A stretch of DNA of 63,837 nucleotides, filler included, from an uncultured virus (IMG/VR IMGVR_UViG_2061766007_004299) (Duplodnaviria; Heunggongvirae; Uroviricota; Caudoviricetes). It is 3 parts of one record of this genome, joined end to end, with 100 filler letters (N's around TTAATTAATTAA, not from the genome) between each part and the next. Parts side by side here need not be neighbours in the genome. Positions count along the whole stretch, not along the records: positions 1 to 27,294 come from IMGVR_UViG_2061766007_004299; 2 more parts are not named here. The stretch is one strand, 5' to 3'. Position 1 is the first letter of the stretch, and each line of letters opens with the position of its first letter. Positions 1 to 9,157 of this stretch are shown here, one piece after another. The notes beneath the pieces were generated by a model. The model worked only from the letters and a program-made list of their open reading frames with translations. It searched no databases and was not told the DNA's origin. The position numbers and the translations under genes were made by a program.

Positions 1-283
1 CTTTGTCCGGTGCTCTCGCTCATATTTCTGGATCGCCTGCTTTGCTTCAAACAGGCGGGGCCGGGANNNNNNNNNNATAGATCAGGGAGCTGACCCGTTC
101 GTATTCTGCCATGCGTGGAATAGCCGTAATGTACTGCACCTTTGTCCGGTGCTCCCGCTCATACTTTTGGATAGCTTGCTTTGCTTCAAACAGGCGGGGC
201 CGGGAAGGAACGCCTATGGCTTTGAGGGAAGGAGAGACGGCCAGACAGATCGTCTGATCCGAGCGGCTTTCGTCGGCCACCAG
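1..283 (-). CDS. Y-family (DinB/UmuC/ImpB-like) DNA polymerase, internal fragments of two alleles
   Basis: VADESRSDQTICLAVSPSLKAIGVPSRPRLFE...PRMAEYERVS resembles the N-terminal part of Firmicute Y-family polymerases. Broken by gaps and the window edge. Confidence 0.7.
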
Positions 284-307
284 GNNNNNNNNNNTCTCAA
301 AGAGAAA

Positions 308-513
308 TTATAAGTTCAATGTCTCCAAAGCCTCCAAGTACAGAGACTGTTCTTCCATGCTGGGAATCATTTCCTTATCAATCTTCCCAAGGACACGGCC
401 GACTATCTGTGCACCATCCTCGTAGGGAAAGATATCATCGTAGTCCGGATTGATAGAGTGCAGGCGGTCGTAAGCCTTCTGCTTGATGACCCCGCCCATG
501 CCGGGAACATAGA
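308..513 (-). CDS. Second allele of the repressor C-terminus (assembly duplicate)
   Basis: Near-identical to the C-terminal part of 537..1430 and bounded by N gaps. Confidence 0.75.
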
Positions 514-536
514 ANNNNNNNNNNCCGGCAGCGTGT

Positions 537-1389
537 TTATAGTTTCAGCGTTTCCAAGGCCTCCTGATACAGAGCCTGTTCTTCCATGCTGGGAATCATG
601 TCTTTCTCAATTTTCCCAAGCACTCGTCCGATAACGGTAGCACCTTCCTCGTAGGGGAAGATGTCGTCATAATCCTGATTGATGGAGTGTAGCCGGTCGT
701 AAGCCTTCTGCTTGATGACACCGCCCATGCCGGGAACATAGAAGATACCAATGTCACCATTTCGAAGATCAACGCAGTGCTCCACAAGCACACGGTCTCC
801 ATCATGGAATTGCGGCTCCATACTCTTACCGGTAACGGTGATGATCTCATCAGCACGGGAGACCATAGGACTGTCAAACAGGATGACTTCTTCCTTTTCC
901 GGATACTCCGGCCAGTCGGTACCATCACCGGCAGCAGCATAGCGGCCCCAGTCTTCGACACCATTCATACGGTCGTAGGCGGTCATGAGCTTACGCTTGT
1001 GGGATTTCTTGTTCATGGCTTCGGCAAAGGTCAGCAGGTCCTCTTTTCCTGACTTGTCTAAAGACCGGTAATAGTCAACAAGATCACGTTCTTCTGTGGT
1101 AAGGAGCGTGCCGATCCCTTTAAAGCCGAAGAACTCATTAGGTTCCACATCCAGAATAGTGAACATCCGATAGAGAAACTCTGGATCAGGACGGGTAAGG
1201 CCGCATTCCCAGTTCCGGACAGAGCTCTTGGAGATCTGAAGAGCATCGGCCAGCTGCTCGGCGGTCATGCCTGCACGGTTGCGGAAGTTCTTGATCTTAG
1301 AACCATAGGTTTCAAGGTTTCGCTGTTTGATTTCTTCGGGAGAGAGCTTTTCTAACCCTGCGATTGTACTGTAGCCTTTTGCTTTCATT
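537..1389 (-). CDS. XRE HTH + S24 peptidase repressor (LexA/CI-like)
   Basis: HTH IKNFRNRAGMTAEQLADALQISKSSVRNWECG; Ala-Gly cleavage site YAAAG; catalytic Ser VTGKSMEP and Lys VIKQ. Start lies next to a gap. Confidence 0.9.
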
Positions 1390-1450
1390 GNNNNNNNNNN
1401 ACAAATGCTATCAAGAATTGTTACAGGCAATTAGAGCCATGAAAAACGGC

Positions 1451-1500
1451 AGAATGTTTACATTCTCGTTATTGACATGCCATTTAAGATGGTGTATTAT
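1451..1500 (+). promoter_or_regulatory. Sigma-A promoter with upstream dyad operator
   Basis: TTGACA (1472) N17 TATTAT (1495); dyad AGAATGT-TT-ACATTCT at 1451..1466. Confidence 0.75.
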
Positions 1501-1674
1501 GTAGGCACGCTATTTCCACGGCGTAGGGAGTTGACCACGGAATATGGCGCGGGTTGGGGAATTACCGCGCCAGTATTCAGGACATGGTAAATTGCCGAGT
1601 GCCATGACGGTGGGAAAACAAACCTTGTAGGACGATTTGAAACGCAGGATCGAACCATATGAGGAGAACCATAG

Positions 1675-3794
1675 ATGGATGAAACAAACAATGACTTGTA
1701 TCCCGTGCAGCTGAAGGATCCGGAGGTTCCGATTCAAGAGGACTGCACGAGTGATGTGGTGCCGGAAGGTACCACGAATATGGAGGGCAAGAAGAAAGTA
1801 CTGGTCCCGGAGCTAATCACCATGACCAAGTACCTGTTCGACAATTACCGCCTTTCCATGTATTCTTATCTGAACCGTTGCCTGCGAAGCGGCGAGCTTT
1901 CCCGGATTGTAGGATTCAGTCCCCTAAATCGGGTCTTCAACAAGGACTCTGTGTCTTTTTCTCATGTGAGCTATTGGAAGATAGACAGAGAAAACTTCTT
2001 TGCAGATGTACAGGTGGAACTGAAGCTGGAGACTCCCGGAGGCCATTTGGAATGGCACGGATACCTTGTGTTCTGGTGTGAATTCGGTGCTTCCTTTACC
2101 TGCAGCATCGAAGACCTGACGGATACTGTAGAGCGTGAAGGAGAATATGATCTGCTGAGTCCCTTTCTGGTGCCGTATTACAGTAATAAGCGAATGGATG
2201 AGGTGGCAGAGCAGATTTGGCTGCAGTATATCCCGGAGGCACTGACGGATCCGACGAAACGAATTGCATCAGAGCTGGCAAAGCGGATGGGACTGACAAT
2301 CCAGTATCATCCGGTATATGAACATAGAGGTGTCGACAGTATTCTTTTCTTTGCGGAAGATGATCTGGTACGCGGCACCGACCGGATGGAGAAGGGGGAT
2401 GATGGGAAGAAAGAGCACATCAAGGATAATAAGGGGTATATAATTCATATTCCCGCCAATACGATTGTGGTCAATACCAACCTGATCCATCGGGACTATT
2501 CTGCCTATAACATCTTCCATGAATGCGTCCATTACGACCAGCACTATATGTTTTTCCGACTGCAGGCTATGGGGAGTAATGATCCACGTAAAGTGAAGGT
2601 CCGAGAGGTGATTGTGGATAAGGATCAGGAAGTCACTGATCCGATTTACTTCATGGAGAAGCAGGCCAATCGGGGCGCTTATGGCCTTATGCTTCCCGCA
2701 ACTGACACAAAANNNNNNNNNNAAGTAATGATCCACGTAAAGTGAGGGTCCGAGAGGTTATCGTGGATAAGGATCAGGAAGTCACCGATCCGATTTACTT
2801 CATGGAAAAGCAGGCCAATCGGGGTGCTTATGGTCTTATGCTTCCCGCAACTGACACAAAGAAGGTCATCACGAGCGAGTACGAGAAGGTTGAAAACTAT
2901 CGTCATATCGGCGAGCGTTATGAGATTGCTGGGAAGGCTATCTCGCGTCAACAGTGCATCCCGCATTTCCGGATACGGGCGCGTATGATCCAGCTTGGGT
3001 TTGTGCAGGCGAAAGGAGCTCTGAATTATGTGGAGCGAAAGCTCATCCAGCCGTTTGCCTTTAATCTGGATGCCTGGCGGGAAGAGCAACACACCTTTGT
3101 CGTTGACAGATGGACCACCAATGCGCTGTACCGGAAGAACGAAGAATTCCAGGCTGTCATGGACAGTGGGAAGTATGTGTATGCGGATGGTCATGTGGTC
3201 CGGAACGATCCTCGTTTTGTCGAGAAGAAGGGTGAAGATCTGTTCCTTACAGAATGGGCCAGCGCTCATGTAGACGATTGCTGCCTGCGTTTTGTGCGCC
3301 AGTACGTTCAGCAGAATGTCGGTAGGTACGTTTTCGGTCGGATGTATTATGACGCCGATTATGTGCAACAGACACAGTTCTATCTGAATGACCTTATCAA
3401 CCGGGAACACCTGGATGAGCTGGACGCCAAGACCCTGTACATTCAGAAATTCCCTAAGGACTTCAAGGGGGCCATTGAACAGCTGAAGAAGCAGAACAAG
3501 ACCAGCAACGCAAAGATGGCAGAGTTCTTGAATATGGACGACAGCACGTTCGCCCGTAGCCTGGATGATCCCAAGAAATACATGAACGAGGATTATCTCA
3601 CGGTGCTGTGCCTGTATTTCAAACTGCCGGACTGGATCAGCCGGATGGTGTTCAAGCGTGCGCACTTTCAGATGGATGAGGAAGACAAGCGGCATCAGGC
3701 GCTTTTGCATATACTCCGGGTCCAGAGTAACGACGGTGTTGAGGCTGCCAATGAGTATCTGAAAAAGAATCACCTGGCTCCACTCAGTTTCTGA
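1675..3794 (+). CDS. Large ImmA/IrrE-family metallopeptidase with C-terminal HTH-like region (joined over a gap with duplicated overlap)
   Basis: HExxH in NIFHECVH followed by MEKQANRGAYGLMLP; C-terminal TSNAKMAEFLNMDDSTFARSL is HTH-like. Confidence 0.75.
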
Positions 3795-3831
3795 ACAGCG
3801 GAACCGGGAGAGCATTAGAATCGAATAGATC

Positions 3832-3875
3832 AGAGCCGATCACTTGTGAGAAACAGGCGGTCGGCTCTTTTTTTT
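3832..3875 (+). terminator. Rho-independent terminator
   Basis: AGAGCCGATC...GGTCGGCTCT stem followed by a T run. Confidence 0.8.
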
Positions 3876-4388
3876 GTCTATTTCCTGCTTTCGCGTTGGC
3901 GGTGGCTCAAAATCTGCGAAAAAAATGTATTGTCGGGTAGCGGCTTCACTCAAAAAATGAGTTACAGAGTGGAGGGTAAAACCGGGGAAATGGTCGCGGA
4001 TAGTGGTGAAAACAGTGGTAAAAGGGCAGTCTTGGCCGCTTTGGAACGCAAAATCCGTCGTTCTGAGTGGCTTTTTTAACTCAGATCCTGCCATGTAAAA
4101 TGGCTCTGCGTCCAGATATCATATATGTGTCAGTAAGAGATGACCAAAGGAAACAAAGTCATCCATGACTGACAAAAAATAATATCTCAAAGCCGGATGC
4201 ATACGGCAGCGGATGTTCAGACGATCAGTCCAGCTTGGCACCTTGTACAGCCAGTACAGGGAGCCAGCGTGGAAGGGTCGTGAGGACACCCTACTGTCGT
4301 CATGCCCGGCTTTCTTTGGTTGCCGTCGCGATAGATGGTGGTGTCCGCAGAAGATCCTCTGCCTATGCGTCCGCAGAAAGGACGCAAA

Positions 4389-5264
4389 ATGAATATTACG
4401 ATCAATGCAAGCGGAAACAGCAACGTCACCATCACGGGAAACGAGAACCTCATCAGCAATGACACTACCTTCGGTGAACTTCTCACCATTCTTCGGACAA
4501 GGCCGGAAGCAGCAGAAGCCTCTAAAACGGAGCAGGCAGAAAAGAAACGCGAAGAGGATATGGCACGACTGTGTGCCCTCCTGGGAGAAGATTTCGAATC
4601 TGCAGCGACACATGATGATGTAGCAGAAGAAAGTCCGCTGGTGAAAGAAAAGCGCCGTCCCGGTGCTGTGCAGCTTCGCACTAGTGTTCCGAGGATTGCC
4701 CGGATTCAGATAGGTGCCGACAGCCTTTGTGAGGTCTTCAGCAATGGTTATGCCGTTTACGACAACGGCGACAGAAAGACGGTTCTGTGGGTGCCGGACT
4801 GCGGAATATATACCTATTACTTTGGCCAGCTCCGAGACGATGAGAAACAGTACCTGAAGGAAAAGGAAGTGCTGGATATGGAAGTGCTGGGTGCGCTTCC
4901 CTGGTACAACGTTCTGGTGCTGTTCGGGGAAACGCAGATTGAGAATAACTTGGATCATCCGAAATCCAAAGGCACCAGCAGTGACGCCGAGGTACCGGAG
5001 GAGTGGGAAGTGAAGCCTGCATACCGTTGGATCTGCGGTGCTCACTTTGATAGTCCGGAAGAGGCGTTTATCAAGAAGGAAGAGGCTGAGGAACGGCGGA
5101 GAGCCCTGACGGACAAGCAGCGTCGGATTTATGAGCTCTATTATGAAGAGGGCTATACGCAGGAAGAAATCGCCCAGCTGCTGAATATCGGCCAGAACGC
5201 TGTCCACTATCATCTGAAGAGCATTGGAAAACGACTGCAGAAGGACATGGAAAAATTTTTCTGA
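4389..5264 (+). CDS. Sigma-70 region 4 HTH regulator (phage sigma-like factor)
   Basis: C-terminal LTDKQRRIYELYYEEGYTQEEIAQLLNIGQNAVHYHL; RBS AAAGGA upstream. Confidence 0.8.
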   Translation: MNITINASGNSNVTITGNENLISNDTTFGELLTILRTRPEAAEASKTEQAEKKREEDMARLCALLGEDFESAATHDDVAEESPLVKEKRRPGAVQLRTSVPRIARIQIGADSLCEVFSNGYAVYDNGDRKTVLWVPDCGIYTYYFGQLRDDEKQYLKEKEVLDMEVLGALPWYNVLVLFGETQIENNLDHPKSKGTSSDAEVPEEWEVKPAYRWICGAHFDSPEEAFIKKEEAEERRRALTDKQRRIYELYYEEGYTQEEIAQLLNIGQNAVHYHLKSIGKRLQKDMEKFF

Positions 5265-5268
5265 TCGA

Positions 5269-5307
5269 CTACTGATATTTTCGGTCCTGAAAAATCTTAA
5301 TAGTAGA
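5269..5307 (+). promoter_or_regulatory. 39-bp phage motif A, copy 1
   Basis: CTACTGATATTT-N7-TGAAAAATC-N4-TAGTAGA; also at 11258 and 20077. Confidence 0.75.
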
Positions 5308-5412
5308 AGGACTTGAAAGTCCCTCGAACCAACAGGCCGCTGTTCTCGTAAAGAAGGCAGCGGCCGACTCATTTTACGAGCTGCGGCCGGACCGCAGAGA
5401 AAGGAAATTGCA

Positions 5413-5835
5413 GTGGGAAAAGAAGACAGACTGAAGAAGGTTTTTATCTGTTCACCATGCAGGCCGAGAGGAGAGACGCCGAAGGCAAGAGAGCGTGACT
5501 GGATCAGGAACATAAACCGTGCTCGTCAGGCATGCCGGTATGCGATTGATCAGGGGAAGATCCCGTATGCGCCGCACCTGTATTTCACAACGATTCTTTC
5601 GGAAGCGGATGAGGATGAGCGGGAACTCGGCATTCTGTTGGGGCTGGTGTGGCTTTCGCAGTGTGATGAACTGTGGATCATTGGCCGCAGGATTACGGAG
5701 GGGATGAAGAGGGAAATCGCTCAGGCCGAGGCGTGGAATATCAAAGTGGTTCACTATATTCCGGAGAGAACTGCAGAAGAGCGATTGCTGGATGCCATTT
5801 TCCATCCGGAAATCAAATATAAAGAAATGACCTGA
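5413..5835 (+). CDS. DUF4406-like (nucleoside deoxyribosyltransferase-fold) phage protein
   Basis: VFICSP...APHLYF...CDELWIIG...GMKREI motifs. Confidence 0.65.
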   Translation: MGKEDRLKKVFICSPCRPRGETPKARERDWIRNINRARQACRYAIDQGKIPYAPHLYFTTILSEADEDERELGILLGLVWLSQCDELWIIGRRITEGMKREIAQAEAWNIKVVHYIPERTAEERLLDAIFHPEIKYKEMT

Positions 5836-6098
5836 AGGGAGAAGAAATGATGGGTACAGATAATAAGAACGATCAGAACCTCACGGTGGAGAGCACGGAG
5901 ACGACGCCAACTGTGACAGTCAGCATGAAGAAGCTGATTGCCGGTGTCGGTACGATGTTTGCGGGCGTACTGCAGATGTTGGAAGCCCTGGAACCGCAGG
6001 CGGCAAAACAGCTGATGGATCGCGTGGTGNNNNNNNNNNTTGGATGCCATTTTCCATCCGGAAATCAAATATAAAGAATTGATCTGAAGGGAGAGGTA

Positions 6099-6620
6099 AT
6101 GATGGGTACGGAAAACAAGAGCAACCAGAACCCCATGGCAGAGAGCACGGAGATGACGCCACCTGTGACAGTCAGCATGAAGAAGTTGGTTGCTGGTGTC
6201 GGTACGATGTTTGCAGGCGTACTGCAGATGCTGGAAGCCCTGGAACCGCAGGCGGCAAAACAGCTGATGGATCGCGTGGTGCAGGATGCTGAAAAGGATC
6301 AGGCCGCAGCCAACGATACCGTTTCTGCAAAAGAGGAAACGGAGCCGGTGAATGAAACGGAAGCGACTGCAGAACAAGCAGATGCAGAAGAGCAGGCTGT
6401 ACGGGTAAAAGGAGAGGTCCAGGATCCGGCACCCGCGTCGGATCAGACGCAGACCGTAACGGTGGACGATATTACAAAGATCATCGTCCGCAAAGTAAAG
6501 CAGGACCGGACGAACAATGAAAAGATCGGTGCCATCTTGAAAACCTACGGCGTGGCCAGGGTCAGCGAGCTTCCGACAGCGAAGTATGAGGCATTCCTGA
6601 CGGATATCTCGCAGCTTTGA
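6099..6620 (+). CDS. Conserved phage protein preceding DUF2800 (partial second allele at 5847..6029)
   Basis: Acidic linker and C-terminal ILKTYGVARVSELPTAKYEAFL; RBS present. Confidence 0.7.
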   Translation: MMGTENKSNQNPMAESTEMTPPVTVSMKKLVAGVGTMFAGVLQMLEALEPQAAKQLMDRVVQDAEKDQAAANDTVSAKEETEPVNETEATAEQADAEEQAVRVKGEVQDPAPASDQTQTVTVDDITKIIVRKVKQDRTNNEKIGAILKTYGVARVSELPTAKYEAFLTDISQL

Positions 6621-6633
6621 TCGGAGGTGTCCT

Positions 6634-8028
6634 ATGCCGGATGTACATGCGCTCTTGAGCGCGTCCAGTTCAAAGCAGTGGCTGCATTGCCCGCCTTCTG
6701 TCCGGTTGCAGGAGGGATTCCCCAATGAGAGCTCCGTGTATGCGGAAGAGGGCACTTTCTGCCATTCAGTCTGTGAATATAAGGTCCGGAAATATCTGAA
6801 GGAGCGGGTTAAGCGGCCTCAGTCGGAAGAGTTTTACACGGAAGAAATCGATCAAATTACGGATGTGTATTACGAGTTTGTGGTCGGCGTCATTGAGGAG
6901 ATGAAGCGTAATGGCTGTGAGCCGTTGGTCCTGGTGGAGGAGCGGGTGGATTACAGTCACATCGCGCCATCTGGATTCGGAACAGCGGATATGCTGATCG
7001 TCGGCAGGGATGCGGATGGGAAAGGTGTGTTGCACATTGTAGATTTTAAGGCAGGTGCCGGAATCTATGTGGAGGTCGATCATAACTCCCAGCTTTCCCT
7101 GTATGCGCTTGGCGGCCTCCATGCTTACGGATATATCTATCCTATTGAGACAATCAGGATGAGCATTGTTCAGCCTCGACTGGATAACGTGAACACGTTT
7201 GAATGCAGCCGGGAAGAACTGGAGGCATGGGGAGAGAGCATCAAGCCCATCGCGAAGATGGCCTTTGAAGGAAAAGGCGAGCAGAATCCCGGTGAATGGT
7301 GCAGGTTTTGCCGGGCAAAGCCAGTGTGCAAAGCCTGCGCTAAAGAGGCGTTATCGTTGTGTCGGGATGAATTCCTGGATCTCGATGCAGGCGTTTTATC
7401 GGAAGACCCGCGTGCCAGCCCTGACGAGTTAAGCGATCTGGAAGNNNNNNNNNNAGCCTGCGCTAAAGAGGCGTTATCGTTGTGTCGGGAGGAATTCCTG
7501 GATCTCGATGCAGGCGCTTTATCGGAAGACCCGCGTGCCAGCCCTGACGAGTTAAGCGATCTGGAAGCTCCCTACCAGGCGGATACCACGACCCCTGTGT
7601 TCAAGCAGCCGGGACTCATCCCGATGACGGAGCTTGCCGGGATACTTCCTACGCTCAATCGTATCAGCTCTTGGATTGAGGCAGTTTTTGCTTATGTGAC
7701 TTCCGAGGCTGTGAATCACGCTGTCCCCATTCCGGGGTACAAGGTCGTGGAAGGCAGGAGCAAACGGGTATTCACAGATACAAAAGCTGTGGTGGATACA
7801 GCGGTAGCCAATGGTTATACCGATCTGTATAAGCAGCAGCTGATCACATTGACGGAATTCGAAAAGATGATGGGCAAAAAGCGGTTTAATGAGTTGCTGG
7901 GTGAGTATGTGGCAAAGCCGCCCGGAAAACTTGCGCTTGTCCCGGAATCGGATCCGAGACCGCCAGTGGATCTGAACAACGCACCCGGTCAGGAATTTGC
8001 TGTCCTGACTGATCCGGGTGAGGAATAA
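6634..8028 (+). CDS. DUF2800 Cas4-like PD-(D/E)XK nuclease
   Basis: HALLSASSSKQWLHCPPS, GFGTAD, IVDFKAG, WCRFCRAKPVC. Includes a duplicated overlap at the gap. Confidence 0.85.
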   Translation: MPDVHALLSASSSKQWLHCPPSVRLQEGFPNESSVYAEEGTFCHSVCEYKVRKYLKERVKRPQSEEFYTEEIDQITDVYYEFVVGVIEEMKRNGCEPLVLVEERVDYSHIAPSGFGTADMLIVGRDADGKGVLHIVDFKAGAGIYVEVDHNSQLSLYALGGLHAYGYIYPIETIRMSIVQPRLDNVNTFECSREELEAWGESIKPIAKMAFEGKGEQNPGEWCRFCRAKPVCKACAKEALSLCRDEFLDLDAGVLSEDPRASPDELSDLEXXXXACAKEALSLCREEFLDLDAGALSEDPRASPDELSDLEAPYQADTTTPVFKQPGLIPMTELAGILPTLNRISSWIEAVFAYVTSEAVNHAVPIPGYKVVEGRSKRVFTDTKAVVDTAVANGYTDLYKQQLITLTEFEKMMGKKRFNELLGEYVAKPPGKLALVPESDPRPPVDLNNAPGQEFAVLTDPGEE

Positions 8029-8097
8029 CAAGGAGGGCAGAACAATGAATACTGCGCCGGGATATGAACTGGCGCTGATTTTATGGAGGAAATGATT

Positions 8098-8993
8098 ATG
8101 GCAAACAAAACGATGTCTCCGACCAAGGTGGTCATTCCGTGCCGACTGAGCTTTGCGAATATCTGGGAACCGAAGAGCATCAACGGCGGCGAGGAGAAGT
8201 ATTCCGTGTCCTGCATCATTCCGAAGGCAGACAAGGCAACGCTGGCAAAGATCCAGAAAGCGATCGAGGCAGCGAAGGAGGATGCGAAGGGAAAGAANNN
8301 NNNNNNNATCAGGAATTTGCTGTCCTGACTGATCCGGGTGAGGAATAACAAGGACGGCAGAGCAACGAATACTGCGCCGGAAGATGAATCGGCGCTGATT
8401 TTATGGAGGAAATGATTATGGCAAACAAAACGATGTCTCCNNNNNNNNNNNNNNNNNNNNNNNNNNNNNNNNNNNNNNNNNNNNNNNNNNNNNNNNNNNN
8501 NNNNNNNNNNNNNNNNNNNNNNNNNNNNNNNNNNNNNNNNNNNNNNNNNNNNNNNNNGAAGATCCAGAAAGCGATCGAGGCAGCGAAGGAGGATGCGAAG
8601 GGAAAGAAGTGGGGCGGTAAGATTCCGCCTAACCTGAAGCTTCCGCTCCGTGATGGCGATATCGACCGCCCGGACGATGAGAACTATGCGGACTGTATGT
8701 TCCTGAATGCGACCAGCAAGGATGCTCCGCAGATCGTTGACCGCAAGGTGCAGCCTATCCTGGATCCCATGGATTGCGGGTCCGGAGATTACGCCAATGT
8801 CTCGGTGAACTTCTATGGTTTCTCTGCTTCCGGCAATCGCGGAATCGCTGCCGGACTCGGAAATATCCAGAAGGTGTGTACCGGAGAGCGTCTTGCCGGT
8901 AAGACCTCCGCAGCCTCTGATTTCGATGAGATCGAGGGCGAGGATGATGGCACGGATGTGTTTGGCGAGGATCTGCCGGATTACCTGAAGTAA
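8098..8993 (+). CDS. DUF2815 single-stranded DNA-binding protein (two overlapping allele fragments)
   Basis: RLSFANIWEPKS, LPLRDGD, GIAAGLGNIQK, acidic C-terminus. Confidence 0.85.
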
Positions 8994-9157
8994 GGTCAAA
9001 AAATCGAACCGATTACAGATGGGAGAGGGCTGCGGCTCTCTCCTGTCTGCGTTTTACAAGAGTCCCCAGCGCATGGAGTTTCTTGTAAGACGCAGAATGA
9101 AACAATGCAATATACAGTATCTACTGATCAAGCATCAACAGAAGGGGTGGTGATAAT

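Noticed and set aside
9121..9130. CTACTGAT as a fourth copy of motif A before PolA
   Set aside because: Only 8 bp match, and the TGAAAAATC and TAGTAGA blocks are absent.
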